From an uncultured Candidatus Saccharibacteria bacterium (GTDB lineage Bacteria; Patescibacteriota; Doudnabacteria; UBA920), in contig CAZAED010000001.1 in assembly GCA_964484145.1 (NCBI GenBank), forward strand, positions 20,790-83,161: a stretch of 62,372 nucleotides of DNA. The letters run 5' to 3'. The stretch's first letter is position 1; each line of letters opens with the position of its first letter. Position numbers and translations under genes: made by a program. The notes beneath the pieces are model-generated. The model made no database searches. It was not told the DNA's origin and saw only the letters and a list, made by a program, of their open reading frames with translations. Of the stretch, positions 41,504 through 50,300 are shown piece after piece.

Positions 41504-42748
41504 ATGAAGAAAAATAGTATTAAAATTTTAATCGCGCTTTTGCTTTTAACTTTAGCGCCAAAAGCCTATGCCGCTGACCAACAAGCCAGAGGCTTTTTAA
41601 GCACCCAAGATTTTGTTGTAAACTTTCAAGATCAAACCTTTAAACTACCCAAAGACGAATTAAATAAAATGAGTGGTATGTACCTAGTGCCGGTAAGTAG
41701 TAATATAATTTACCACGAACAAACAAAAGAGGAGTTAAAGGCGGGTTTCCTGAGTGGAAAAATCCAAAACCCCAAAATTAACAGCACCGTCTTTCATTTT
41801 GATCCTGAGGCAATTTATAAATTTGTTTCCCAAACAACTAACGCGGTGGCCAAAACTCCTGTTGAGCCTAAACTTAATATAAAAAATAATTTTGCTACGG
41901 AATTCTCGCCTCCTTCAGATGGAATTTTTGTAGACCCTTCAGAAAATACACTAAAACTTTTAAATAGCCTGGAAGCAAGGCAGGCTTCTATGGAACTGGT
42001 CTATTCTTCTTCCAGCCCAAAAAGCCTACTTTCGGACACTAACTCTTTAGGCATAAACGAATTAATTGCCACGGGTGTTTCGAATTTTAAAGGCAGCCCT
42101 AACAACCGCCGCCACAACATAAAAATTGGCGTAGAAAAGTTTAAAGGCTTAATAATTCAAAAAGGCGAAGAATTTAGTTTTAACAAATACTTAGGACCTG
42201 TAGAAGCAGAACAAGGTTTTTTACCGGAACTAGTTATAAAAAAAAGCGGCACCGTGCCGGAACTAGGCGGCGGCCTTTGCCAAGTTTCTTCCACTACTTT
42301 TAGAGCTGCTATGGAAGCCGGACTACCTATAACACAGCGAAGAAACCACGCCTATGCCGTACAATACTATTCCCCCCAAGGCACAGACGCGACCATTTAC
42401 CCCGGAATAATAGATTTAAAATTTAAAAACGATACTCCAGGAGCAATATTAGTCTGGCCTCATTTTGAAGCGGGTGATACTTTAATTTTTGACTTCTACG
42501 GCACCAAAGACAGCCGTTTGGTAACTTTGGAAAAACCAAGAACTTACGACAGAAAGCCAGATGGTAGTATGAAGTCAGAATGGACTAGAATTGTGGAAAA
42601 AGACGGCGTGACCTCTTCCTCTACTTTTAAATCTATTTACCAGTCCCCGGCACTGTTCCATAAAGAAGAAGCATTCGTTACCGCTCCCCAGGCCGGCACG
42701 CCCACACCAACCCCTACTCCAGGAATAATCATTCCAAAAACAAATTAG
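41504..42748 (+). CDS. VanW-family protein
   Basis: Signal peptide. Core GGGLCQVSSTTFRAAMEAGLPITQRRNHAYAVQYY...GTDATI. PT-rich tail. Confidence 0.8.
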   Translation: MKKNSIKILIALLLLTLAPKAYAADQQARGFLSTQDFVVNFQDQTFKLPKDELNKMSGMYLVPVSSNIIYHEQTKEELKAGFLSGKIQNPKINSTVFHFDPEAIYKFVSQTTNAVAKTPVEPKLNIKNNFATEFSPPSDGIFVDPSENTLKLLNSLEARQASMELVYSSSSPKSLLSDTNSLGINELIATGVSNFKGSPNNRRHNIKIGVEKFKGLIIQKGEEFSFNKYLGPVEAEQGFLPELVIKKSGTVPELGGGLCQVSSTTFRAAMEAGLPITQRRNHAYAVQYYSPQGTDATIYPGIIDLKFKNDTPGAILVWPHFEAGDTLIFDFYGTKDSRLVTLEKPRTYDRKPDGSMKSEWTRIVEKDGVTSSSTFKSIYQSPALFHKEEAFVTAPQAGTPTPTPTPGIIIPKTN

Positions 42749-42751
42749 ATT

Positions 42752-43792
42752 ATGATTACATCTTCCAATGAACAAATAGAAATAAGCGATATTCCGGAAA
42801 TTTCTCAGCCGGAAGATGTTGTTATTGACATTAATTTACGCCCGCAAAGTTTTGACGAATATATTGGCCAGCAGGAAGTTAAAGACAATTTGGGAATTTT
42901 ACTTACCGCTGCCAAGCAACGCGGAGAAAAAGTTGAGCATTTACTTTTTTACGGGCCCCCGGGTTTAGGCAAAACTACACTTGCCAACATTGTGGCTAAA
43001 GAAATGGGCAGCAATATTAAAACCACATCCGGCCCGGCCATAGAACGCGCCGGGGACTTGGCTTCTATTTTAACCAACCTTTCCGAAGGCGATGTTTTAT
43101 TTATAGACGAAATTCACAGGCTCAACAAAGTTGTGGAAGAAGTTTTGTATCCTGCTATGGAAGACTACGTCTTAGATATTGTTTTAGGTAAAGGTCCGGG
43201 CGCGCGCAGCATACGAATGGACTTACCCAAATTTACTTTAATTGGCGCCACAACCAGAATTGGCCTGCTCTCCAGTCCGCTTCGTGACCGCTTTGGCGCA
43301 ATTTTCCGTTTAGAATATTATTCAGAAGAAGATTTAATAAAAATAATTGGCAGAAGCGCTAAAATTTTAAACTCGGAACTAGAAGCAGAAGCCTTAGCTG
43401 AGCTGGCAAAGCGCTGCCGCTTTACTCCCCGTATTGCCAACCGTCTCTTAAAACGGGTAAGAGATTTTGCCCAAGTAAACGGTCATGTTAAAATAAGCAA
43501 AGCAGTTGCCATGCAGGCATTAGAGCTTTTAAGGGTAGATGCTTTAGGTTTAGACAAAAACGATATACGAATATTAGAAGCGCTAATAACTAAATTTAAA
43601 GGCCAGCCCGTAGGGCTTTCTACCCTTTCCGCTTCAACCGGCGAAGAAGAAGATACTGTTACTGACTTACACGAACCGTTCTTATTAAGACTTGGGCTTA
43701 TAACCAAAACCCCGCGCGGCCGAATGGCAACAGAAGCCGCCTATAAACATTTGGGGATAGACCTTCCGCCCGGCCAGCAAAAGATTCTCTAA
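42752..43792 (+). CDS. ruvB: Holliday junction DNA helicase RuvB
   Basis: [48 protein letters not shown]. Confidence 0.95.
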   Translation: MITSSNEQIEISDIPEISQPEDVVIDINLRPQSFDEYIGQQEVKDNLGILLTAAKQRGEKVEHLLFYGPPGLGKTTLANIVAKEMGSNIKTTSGPAIERAGDLASILTNLSEGDVLFIDEIHRLNKVVEEVLYPAMEDYVLDIVLGKGPGARSIRMDLPKFTLIGATTRIGLLSSPLRDRFGAIFRLEYYSEEDLIKIIGRSAKILNSELEAEALAELAKRCRFTPRIANRLLKRVRDFAQVNGHVKISKAVAMQALELLRVDALGLDKNDIRILEALITKFKGQPVGLSTLSASTGEEEDTVTDLHEPFLLRLGLITKTPRGRMATEAAYKHLGIDLPPGQQKIL

Positions 43793-43794
43793 AT

Positions 43795-43840
43795 ATTCTT
43801 GTCATTCATTTAAATCTTTTAATTTTTGTCATTTCCCCCA
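43795..43840 (+). repeat. Leader element of the 'cttgtcat / ttaaatctt' family abutting the ATG at 43841
   Basis: attcttgtcattcatttaaatcttttaatttttgtcatttccccca. Confidence 0.8.
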
Positions 43841-44053
43841 ATGGACTTTACCACCGTCTCTAACCTAATAATTCAAGCCTTCTACTATATACTAGTAGCC
43901 TTGGTTTTATTTTGCAGTATTTTTGGAGTTTACGCGCTTGTTCGCTATGGCCGCTCCAGAACTTTCGCGTTAGTTCTAAGCCTGTCTTATATTTTCTTTT
44001 TCCTAACTGCCCTGTCTCAGTCCTACTCCGCTTTGCAATCCTTACTGTCCTAA
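43841..44053 (+). CDS. Small two-TM membrane protein
   Basis: MDFTTVSNLIIQAFYYILVALVLFCSIFGVYALV... The track ORF begins at an upstream TTG inside the repeat; I use the first ATG. Confidence 0.5.
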   Translation: MDFTTVSNLIIQAFYYILVALVLFCSIFGVYALVRYGRSRTFALVLSLSYIFFFLTALSQSYSALQSLLS

Positions 44054-44085
44054 CTGATAACTAACAACTATCAACTGATAACTTT
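44051..44085 (+). repeat. Heptamer array (taactga x5) ending 3 nt before the ATG at 44089
   Basis: taactga taactaa caactat caactga taacttt. Confidence 0.9.
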
Positions 44086-44088
44086 CCT

Positions 44089-44640
44089 ATGCCAAAACTC
44101 TTCCCCTCACAACTTGATACTGAAAAAATTTATTTAGTTATACGCGAACACTGGTTTCGCCTGCTCCTAAAACTTATTGTGTGGGCATTTTTAGCCGCAG
44201 CTCTAGCCGCTTTCCAATACTTTGGTCCGCAAATCATACCCGGGCTCTTTGAAGGCCGCGCAGGCGCGATTACCCACCTGTTTGAACAAGTTTATTTCTT
44301 AATTATTTTACTGGGACTGTTTTTAATATTAGTTTTTTATTATTTAAACACCCACATAATAACCAACATTCGGGTTGTAGACATAGACCAAATTGGCCTG
44401 TTCTCCCATGTTGTTTCCGAGCTGCATATAGACAAAATAGAAGACGTAACTTCCGAAACCGAAGGAATTTTTGGCACTATTTTTAACTACGGCCAAGTAT
44501 TTGTTCAAACCGCCGCAACTGTTGAACGTTTTGAATTCGACAACGTGCCAAATCCAGCTGGCATAGAAAAACTAATTCTAGATTTATACGAACAAAATTC
44601 TAACTTTGCCAAAGAGGTTAAAGAGGGAGACCACAATTAA
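44089..44640 (+). CDS. Membrane protein with bacterial PH (YdbS/YdbT-like) domain
   Basis: Two TM helices followed by a domain with a pattern like RVVDIDQ.GLFSHVVSELHIDKIEDV...VFVQTA. Confidence 0.55.
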   Translation: MPKLFPSQLDTEKIYLVIREHWFRLLLKLIVWAFLAAALAAFQYFGPQIIPGLFEGRAGAITHLFEQVYFLIILLGLFLILVFYYLNTHIITNIRVVDIDQIGLFSHVVSELHIDKIEDVTSETEGIFGTIFNYGQVFVQTAATVERFEFDNVPNPAGIEKLILDLYEQNSNFAKEVKEGDHN

Positions 44641-44674
44641 CGACTAGCGATTAACAATTGACTCCAAAAAAGTT

Positions 44675-44709
44675 GTTAATCGTTAATTGTTAATAGTTTA
44701 TAGTTTATG
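44675..44709 (+). repeat. Heptamer array (gttaatn x5) running into the ATG at 44707
   Basis: gttaatc gttaatt gttaata gtttata gtttATG. An upstream inverted copy cgattaacaa (44648-44657) pairs with 44673-44682. Confidence 0.9.
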
Positions 44710-45147
44710 CCCAAAATCGTTGTTGTATCTGGGGGCTTTGACCCCATTCATATTGGCCACATAGAAATGATGCACGAAGCCAAGGCGCTTGGCGACAGGC
44801 TTATTGTTTTAGTTAACAATGACAACTGGCTAATCGCAAAAAAAGGTTTTGCTTTTATGCCGGAAGCGGAGCGGTTGGCAATAGTAAAAGCTATTAAGCA
44901 CGTAGATGACGCAGTATTAACTAGCCACCCCAAAAACCCAACCGACATGTCGGTTTGTAAAGAACTTGAAGCATTAAAGCCCGACATATTCGCCAACGGC
45001 GGTGACCGAAAACCCGACGGCGACCCGGTACCTGAGGTTGAATTATGTAACCGCCTGGGAATAAAACTTGTCTACAACATTGGCAAAAGCGGAAAAATTC
45101 AAAGCTCAAGCGACCTAGTAAAAAAAGCAACTCAAAACAAGGCCTAA
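44707..45147 (+). CDS. Cytidylyl/adenylyltransferase-family protein (HIGH nucleotidyltransferase)
   Basis: VVSGGFDPIHIGHIEMM with a (T/H)xGH signature; about 146 aa. Confidence 0.7.
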   Translation: MPKIVVVSGGFDPIHIGHIEMMHEAKALGDRLIVLVNNDNWLIAKKGFAFMPEAERLAIVKAIKHVDDAVLTSHPKNPTDMSVCKELEALKPDIFANGGDRKPDGDPVPEVELCNRLGIKLVYNIGKSGKIQSSSDLVKKATQNKA

Positions 45148-45253
45148 CTGGCCTTGTTTTAAAATTTATCTAAATAAATTTGTAAAACTTTGCTTAGAAA
45201 AATTCCCGAGTAGTGACAGAGCCACTTTATAGCCTCTCGGGATAGGCCTATAG

Positions 45254-45457
45254 TCATTTGATGGCATAAAACACCATCGTCGCGATCGCGCAGCCAATAA
45301 CGACGGCTGCATAGACCCCCACAAAGGTGACCATGGCTAAAAGCCACTTCAACCAACCCCACCAGGTTGAGCACTGCAGCAAAACTTTTTCTGCTGCATT
45401 TATTCCGACCTTAGAGCCAACAATAATGGCTCCTAAAAATATGAGTAAAAGCATCAT
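45254..45457 (-). CDS. Small (67 aa) two-TM hydrophobic protein
   Basis: ggagg lies 4 nt before the ATG-ATG pair. It is followed by hairpin cccgag...ctcggg plus a T-run. Confidence 0.5.
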   Translation of the reverse strand: MMLLLIFLGAIIVGSKVGINAAEKVLLQCSTWWGWLKWLLAMVTFVGVYAAVVIGCAIATMVFYAIK

Positions 45458-45570
45458 AAGTCCTCCGTCAAAAATCTCTATTCCAAAAAATTATGGAAAG
45501 GCTACCGTTGTATTTGACCATCACGATAACAAAGTATATTATCAAACTTTTAACATATTGTCAATGTTAA

Positions 45571-45677
45571 ATCAACAAATTTGTATTATTTATCATAAAT
45601 AAAAGAAAAAATTCTGTTGGTTTTATTTCAACAATTTAATATTTGTTGTTGACATTCAATCAACAAATTGATATTGT
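45571..45677 (+). promoter_or_regulatory. Promoter plus repeated operator-like motif upstream of TrmB paralogue 3
   Basis: (A/T)TCAACAA(A)TT at 45571, 45627 and 45659, with an inverted copy at 45641-45652. TTGACA (45649-45654), 17-nt spacer, TATTGT (45672-45677), then 6 nt and the ATG. Confidence 0.5.
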
Positions 45678-45683
45678 TCTTTT

Positions 45684-46454
45684 ATGCTAGAAAGTAACTT
45701 AAAAAACCTAGGACTTACGGACAAAGAAAGCGCTGTATATTTGGAGGTTCTTAAACGTGGGCGAGTTTCGCCTACAGAGATTGCGCAAACGTCCAAAATT
45801 AACCGAACCACGGTTTACAGCGTGGCTAAGGAATTAATAAAAAAAGGTTTTTTATTGGAAGATTTGGCAGGAGCAGCAAGTTCTTTGGTTGCGGTACCGC
45901 CACAGGAATTAAAATTTTTGGTTCAAAAGGAAGAGCAGATTTTGGAAAATAAAAAAAAGCTCATAAGCCAAATGGTTAAAGAGCTGGAAAATTTTACCAA
46001 GGACTCCAAATACGCCATTCCTAAAATAACATTTATACAGGAACAAGACTTAATGGATTATTTATACAAAAGAAGCGACGAATGGCATAAAAGCATAATG
46101 TCGCACGACGGCATACTTTGGGGATTTCAAGACCACACTTTTGCCGAACACTATGAAAAATGGATAGAGTGGGAGTGGAAAATTGGGGGACCAAAAAATT
46201 TAAGACTTAGACTTTTTTCCAACGAGTCCGAAATCGAAGAAAAAAATAAAGGCAAAGGCAAAGACTTTGAACGGCGCGTAATAAAATACTGGAAAAAGCC
46301 AAATAAATTTACTGCTTCTATTTGGGTGCATGGTGACTACTTAGTATTTGTGCAAACTCAGGAGAGGCCCCACTATCTGGTAGAAATTTACGATGTGCTT
46401 TTGGCAGAAAATATGCGGCAATTCTTTACTGGCGTGTGGGATGAAATAAAATAA
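45684..46454 (+). CDS. TrmB-family HTH transcriptional regulator (paralogue 3 of 3)
   Basis: MLESNLKNLGLTDKESAVYLEVLKRGRVSPTEIAQTSKINRTTVYSVAKELIKKGFL. Confidence 0.8.
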   Translation: MLESNLKNLGLTDKESAVYLEVLKRGRVSPTEIAQTSKINRTTVYSVAKELIKKGFLLEDLAGAASSLVAVPPQELKFLVQKEEQILENKKKLISQMVKELENFTKDSKYAIPKITFIQEQDLMDYLYKRSDEWHKSIMSHDGILWGFQDHTFAEHYEKWIEWEWKIGGPKNLRLRLFSNESEIEEKNKGKGKDFERRVIKYWKKPNKFTASIWVHGDYLVFVQTQERPHYLVEIYDVLLAENMRQFFTGVWDEIK

Positions 46455-46518
46455 CCTTTCAATCACAACCAAAGAGAAGTCTTAAAGTCATTTGGAAGAC
46501 TCAAATAGAAAAAACACC

Positions 46519-47238
46519 TTAGGGCAAGGTGTTTTTTATTATTGCTAACGAGGCAAGGGCGGCAGTTTCGGCCCGCAGAAGAATGGGACCTAAAGTTATT
46601 GGCACGCAGTTTGGGAGGGATTTAAATTTTTCAATTTCTTGTGGCGTTAAACCGCCTTCCGGGCCAATTACTAATGCAACAGATTTTAGGTTTTGGGTGT
46701 TAAATTTTAGTTTTTCCCCATCTATATCGCAAAGAAATAATTGACCGTATTCTTTTGAAGATTTTATTACATCATCGACGCTCCTTAAATACTCCAATCC
46801 TGGTGGATGAATACGGTCGCTTTGTTTTGCCGCTTCCCAAAGTATTTTATTCCAGCGCTCATATTTCTTTTTAAAAATTTCTTCGGTTAATTTTGTGGCG
46901 GTATTCTGGGAATTAAACAAAACTATTTTGTGCGCACCAAGCTCAGTAGATTTTTGAAAAATAAAGTCTAAAGCTTTTTCATTAACATAACTTTGAAACA
47001 AAGTAATTTTTACTTTTGGCTCCGGCGGTGTTTCTATTTCGTTAATAACTTTTAATTTTAAAGAATATCTATCAATATCTACAATATCCACCAAATATCT
47101 TTTCTCATCCTTCCCCTGCAAATTAAACCTCTCCCCTTTTTTCATTCTGCGAGCAAGTAAAATATGCCTAGCCTCTTCGCCTGCTAATTCTATTACGCTG
47201 CCTTGCTTTAATGTTTGGTTTGTAAGAAAATATGACAT
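46519..47238 (-). CDS. rsmE: 16S rRNA (uracil1498-N3)-methyltransferase RsmE
   Basis: N-terminal PUA-like region (EEARHILLARRMKKGERF) and C-terminal SPOUT knot (ALVIGPEGGLTPQEIE). Confidence 0.85.
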   Translation of the reverse strand: MSYFLTNQTLKQGSVIELAGEEARHILLARRMKKGERFNLQGKDEKRYLVDIVDIDRYSLKLKVINEIETPPEPKVKITLFQSYVNEKALDFIFQKSTELGAHKIVLFNSQNTATKLTEEIFKKKYERWNKILWEAAKQSDRIHPPGLEYLRSVDDVIKSSKEYGQLFLCDIDGEKLKFNTQNLKSVALVIGPEGGLTPQEIEKFKSLPNCVPITLGPILLRAETAALASLAIIKNTLP

Positions 47239-47261
47239 TGAAATAATAGCGGGAGCCTTCT

Positions 47262-47338
47262 ACTAAATACTAAAATTTGTGAAAGTACTAAAGCGCCACT
47301 ACATCAACGGGCAATATTAAACAGATTTAGTATTTAGT
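47262..47338. repeat. Inverted word repeat (actaaatactaaa / tttagtatttagt)
   Basis: 47262-47274 is the exact reverse complement of 47326-47338. An extra tactaaa word lies in between. Confidence 0.8.
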
Positions 47339-47362
47339 TCCTTTCGTATTTCGTAGAGACTT

Positions 47363-47668
47363 TTAATATTCTACGGAAATTGCAAACACCGCGGTCGCGC
47401 CCAAGAATTGGTTTAAAGCGTAAATTATGCGTCCTGACAAGACTTTTATTTGGTAAGCGACCTCTTTGCTTAAGCACGCCACAAGTAGCACGCCCTTCTG
47501 AAAATCCATAGCCCGGCTTTCTTGCGCCGCCTCGCTAACAAAAGCTTTTGCAATTTCTTGCCAAGCCTTAATTAACTTATGTTTTTGTACCGCGGCTTCA
47601 AGTTTGTAGTTTTTTGTTGTTTTTTTTAATACACGATCAATTTTAGTGAACTTATGGTAAGAGGGCAT
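47363..47668 (-). CDS. DUF721 / DciA-like protein
   Basis: About 100 aa, located next to recF. Pattern ...KAWQEIAKAFVSEAAQESRAMDFQKGVLLVACLSKEVAYQI. Confidence 0.7.
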   Translation of the reverse strand: MPSYHKFTKIDRVLKKTTKNYKLEAAVQKHKLIKAWQEIAKAFVSEAAQESRAMDFQKGVLLVACLSKEVAYQIKVLSGRIIYALNQFLGATAVFAISVEY

Positions 47669-47791
47669 GTTTTTATTTTTTTACCACCTAAACTTTGCCT
47701 TTGTTACTTAGCAAAATAGTTTTCTTGATTAGAGTAATTCGTTAAATCAAGACTAATTGAATACCGCAAAGTTTGGCGGGTGAATTATTTT

Positions 47792-48883
47792 TTACTGAGC
47801 TTCCTCGGTCTCCACCGCCGGACTTAGCGTAACATGCTGGGCCGGCATTTCAAGCGGGTGGGTAGTAGTTATAAAAGTTTGAAATTTATTTTGCAAAAAT
47901 TTTAGCAAAAATGTTCGGCGGGTGTCATCTAATTCTGAAAGCACATCGTCTAAAAGTAAAATTGGTTTTTCTTCGCCCTGGCTTAAATACTCAAGCTCTA
48001 AAACTTTCATGGCCAGAACCTGGCTTCTAAGCTCGCCCCTAGAAGAGAATGGCGACAAATAAAGCCCTTCACTTTGCAAATAAAAATCGTCCCTATGCGG
48101 TCCTACCAAACACGTGGCTGCCAAACGCTCTTTTGGCAAAACCTTTTCCAGTTTTAATTTAAAAGCAGCGGAAATTTCTTCTAAAGTCTCGCCTAGCAAA
48201 GATTGGTACACAACTTCAACCGGCCTATGAAACCCGGAAATTGCCGAATAGACTTCTGCTATCCTGTTGTTTAAATAATCACAAAAAGTTTTTCTTTCCA
48301 TTATTATTCTGCTTCCCAAAACTACCATCTGTTCGTTCCAGGACAAAAGCTCCTGTTCGCTACCACCCACACCTGAGCGTAAATTCTGCAGAATTTTATT
48401 TTTATAGAACATGGCTTTTTTGTACTCCCCTAAGTCTTCCAAATACTGCGGGTTCTTTTGAGACAAAACCATATTTAAATATTTCCTTCTCCCTTCCGGC
48501 TGCTTGGTAAACATATCAACATCTGTTGGTTCAAAAATAACCACCCTTACAAAACCTTGGGCCTCTACTTTTCTTTTCTTAACACCATCCACCAAAAAAT
48601 TCGCGTAAATTTTGTCCCGCTTCTCTAAAAAAACTTTTATAGTGTGGCTCTCTCCACCCTTTTCCACCCCAAACTCTACTTCCGCGGCCTGGGTTTCTTT
48701 TAAAAAAATAAATTCGTTATCGTCCCTAAAAGACTTAAACAAAGAAGCAAAGTAAACAGACTCAAGCAAGTTAGTTTTCCCAACTGCGTTTGGCCCAGAC
48801 AAAACCACAGTGCTACTGTTTATTTCTAAATCCAAATCCGGATAGTTTCGAAAGTTTTTTAGTTTTATGCGTGTTATTTTCAT
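47792..48883 (-). CDS. recF: DNA replication/repair protein RecF
   Basis: MKITRIKLKNFRNY, Walker A GPNAVGKTNLLES, and signature/Walker B LLLDDVLSELD. Confidence 0.95.
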   Translation of the reverse strand: MKITRIKLKNFRNYPDLDLEINSSTVVLSGPNAVGKTNLLESVYFASLFKSFRDDNEFIFLKETQAAEVEFGVEKGGESHTIKVFLEKRDKIYANFLVDGVKKRKVEAQGFVRVVIFEPTDVDMFTKQPEGRRKYLNMVLSQKNPQYLEDLGEYKKAMFYKNKILQNLRSGVGGSEQELLSWNEQMVVLGSRIIMERKTFCDYLNNRIAEVYSAISGFHRPVEVVYQSLLGETLEEISAAFKLKLEKVLPKERLAATCLVGPHRDDFYLQSEGLYLSPFSSRGELRSQVLAMKVLELEYLSQGEEKPILLLDDVLSELDDTRRTFLLKFLQNKFQTFITTTHPLEMPAQHVTLSPAVETEEAQ

Positions 48884-48890
48884 ATATAGG

Positions 48891-48994
48891 TACTGAATTA
48901 CAGATTAATAATATTACAGACCAGCCCCGACGTAAAAAGTGCCGGGCTCCGATTATTGCGTCGGGTAAAATCTGCATTATTTGTAATTCCGTAC
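48891..48994 (-). repeat. Leader/MITE-like element upstream of recF (copy 1)
   Basis: Both termini match 51875-51937 in inverted orientation (19/19 and about 24/26 nt). The centre carries an extra GC hairpin cccgacg...cgtcggg. Confidence 0.85.
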
Positions 48995-48995
48995 A

Positions 48996-50087
48996 TTAAT
49001 TTTTAATAGGCATTACCAAATAAACATAAGTCCCGTCCCCTTCCGGCAAAATAAGCGCTGGGGAGTTGTCGTCAATAATTTTCATATTTATCTTCTCTGA
49101 ATCTATTACATTTAAACAGTCCAAAATATAATGAAAGTTAAGCAGCAATTGCCCGGCGTCTCCTTGTATTTCCGCCGGCACCTCCACCTGACTCTTACCC
49201 AGGTCAGCTGATTCCGACGAAAGCTGTATTTTGCCATCCTTGTAACCAAAAACCACACTACTACCCGCCTGACTAAAAATTCCACCGGCTTTTAAGGCAC
49301 TTACCAAAAGTTTTTTCTCTGTTTGTAAATTTACCTTAAATTCTGTTGGGATAATTTGCTGATAATCAGGATACTGCCCGTCTACCAAGCGACTTATTAC
49401 CTGCGCTTGCCCCACCGAGAAATATATTTGGTTTTGGTTAATTACTATTTCCACACCTTCTTGTTGATTACCTATTATCCTAGAAATTTCTGAAGCGGTT
49501 TTTTGTGGCAAAATAACATTATTCTCGTTTTCTACCGGCTTCTCTAAAACAATTTTCTTTTCGGCAAGCCTATACCTGTCCGTTGCCACAATTTTTAGCT
49601 CTTTTCCCACCGAAAGCATAATACCGGCAATCTCAGGTTGCGTTTGGTTTGTTGAGGCTGCAAAAATCACTTGGTCTAATGCTTTTTTTAAAACCTGCCC
49701 GGGCACTAAAACACTGTTATTTTTTTCTATTTGGGGTATGAGAGGAAAATCATCTGCTGGGAGAGTTTTTACAGAAGTATGGTAACTTTCAGTCTCCACC
49801 AACATTTCTCCTTGTTTTGTTTCCAAACTAAGATTTGTGTTGGGCAAGTTATTAATCAGCTCGTTAAAAGTTTTCGCATACACAGTAACTTCACCATCTT
49901 CTTCTACTTTGCATCTAATTTGGGTTGTTATTGCTATTTCTAAATTGGTGGAAGAAATTTTAAGTAAACCGTTTTCTGTTTTAAGCAAAAAATTATTTAG
50001 TATGGGTAAGGTATTGTTTGGAGAGATTATTCTTCCTACTGTTAGGAGTCCGTTTTTCAAATTTTCTTGTGTGCAGATTATCTTCAT
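48996..50087 (-). CDS. dnaN: DNA polymerase III beta sliding clamp
   Basis: MKIICTQENLKNGL..., three-domain length of 363 aa, positioned between dnaA and recF. Confidence 0.95.
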   Translation of the reverse strand: MKIICTQENLKNGLLTVGRIISPNNTLPILNNFLLKTENGLLKISSTNLEIAITTQIRCKVEEDGEVTVYAKTFNELINNLPNTNLSLETKQGEMLVETESYHTSVKTLPADDFPLIPQIEKNNSVLVPGQVLKKALDQVIFAASTNQTQPEIAGIMLSVGKELKIVATDRYRLAEKKIVLEKPVENENNVILPQKTASEISRIIGNQQEGVEIVINQNQIYFSVGQAQVISRLVDGQYPDYQQIIPTEFKVNLQTEKKLLVSALKAGGIFSQAGSSVVFGYKDGKIQLSSESADLGKSQVEVPAEIQGDAGQLLLNFHYILDCLNVIDSEKINMKIIDDNSPALILPEGDGTYVYLVMPIKN

Positions 50088-50300
50088 ATATTTATATATA
50101 AATTATAAACAAATAATATTAGTAATAAAGGCTGTGGTTAAGGGGATAAGTTAAATTCTCTAATAACGACGGCCACAAAATAGAAAGTGAGACAAATAAA
50201 ACTGTGGAAAAATTTTGGGAGTGGTATGGATAACTGTTATTTTTTTATTTATTTTTTTGTTTTGTGTTAAAGAAGTAAAAATTGTCCCCACTTTTTCCTT
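50088..50300. other. Candidate oriC segment (dnaA-dnaN spacer): DnaA-box-like 9-mers plus an AT-rich tract
   Basis: TGTGGtTAA 50133-50141, TGTGGAaAA 50203-50211 and TaTGGATAA 50225-50233 each have one mismatch to TGTGGATAA. AT-rich tract at 50088-50130. Confidence 0.5.
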
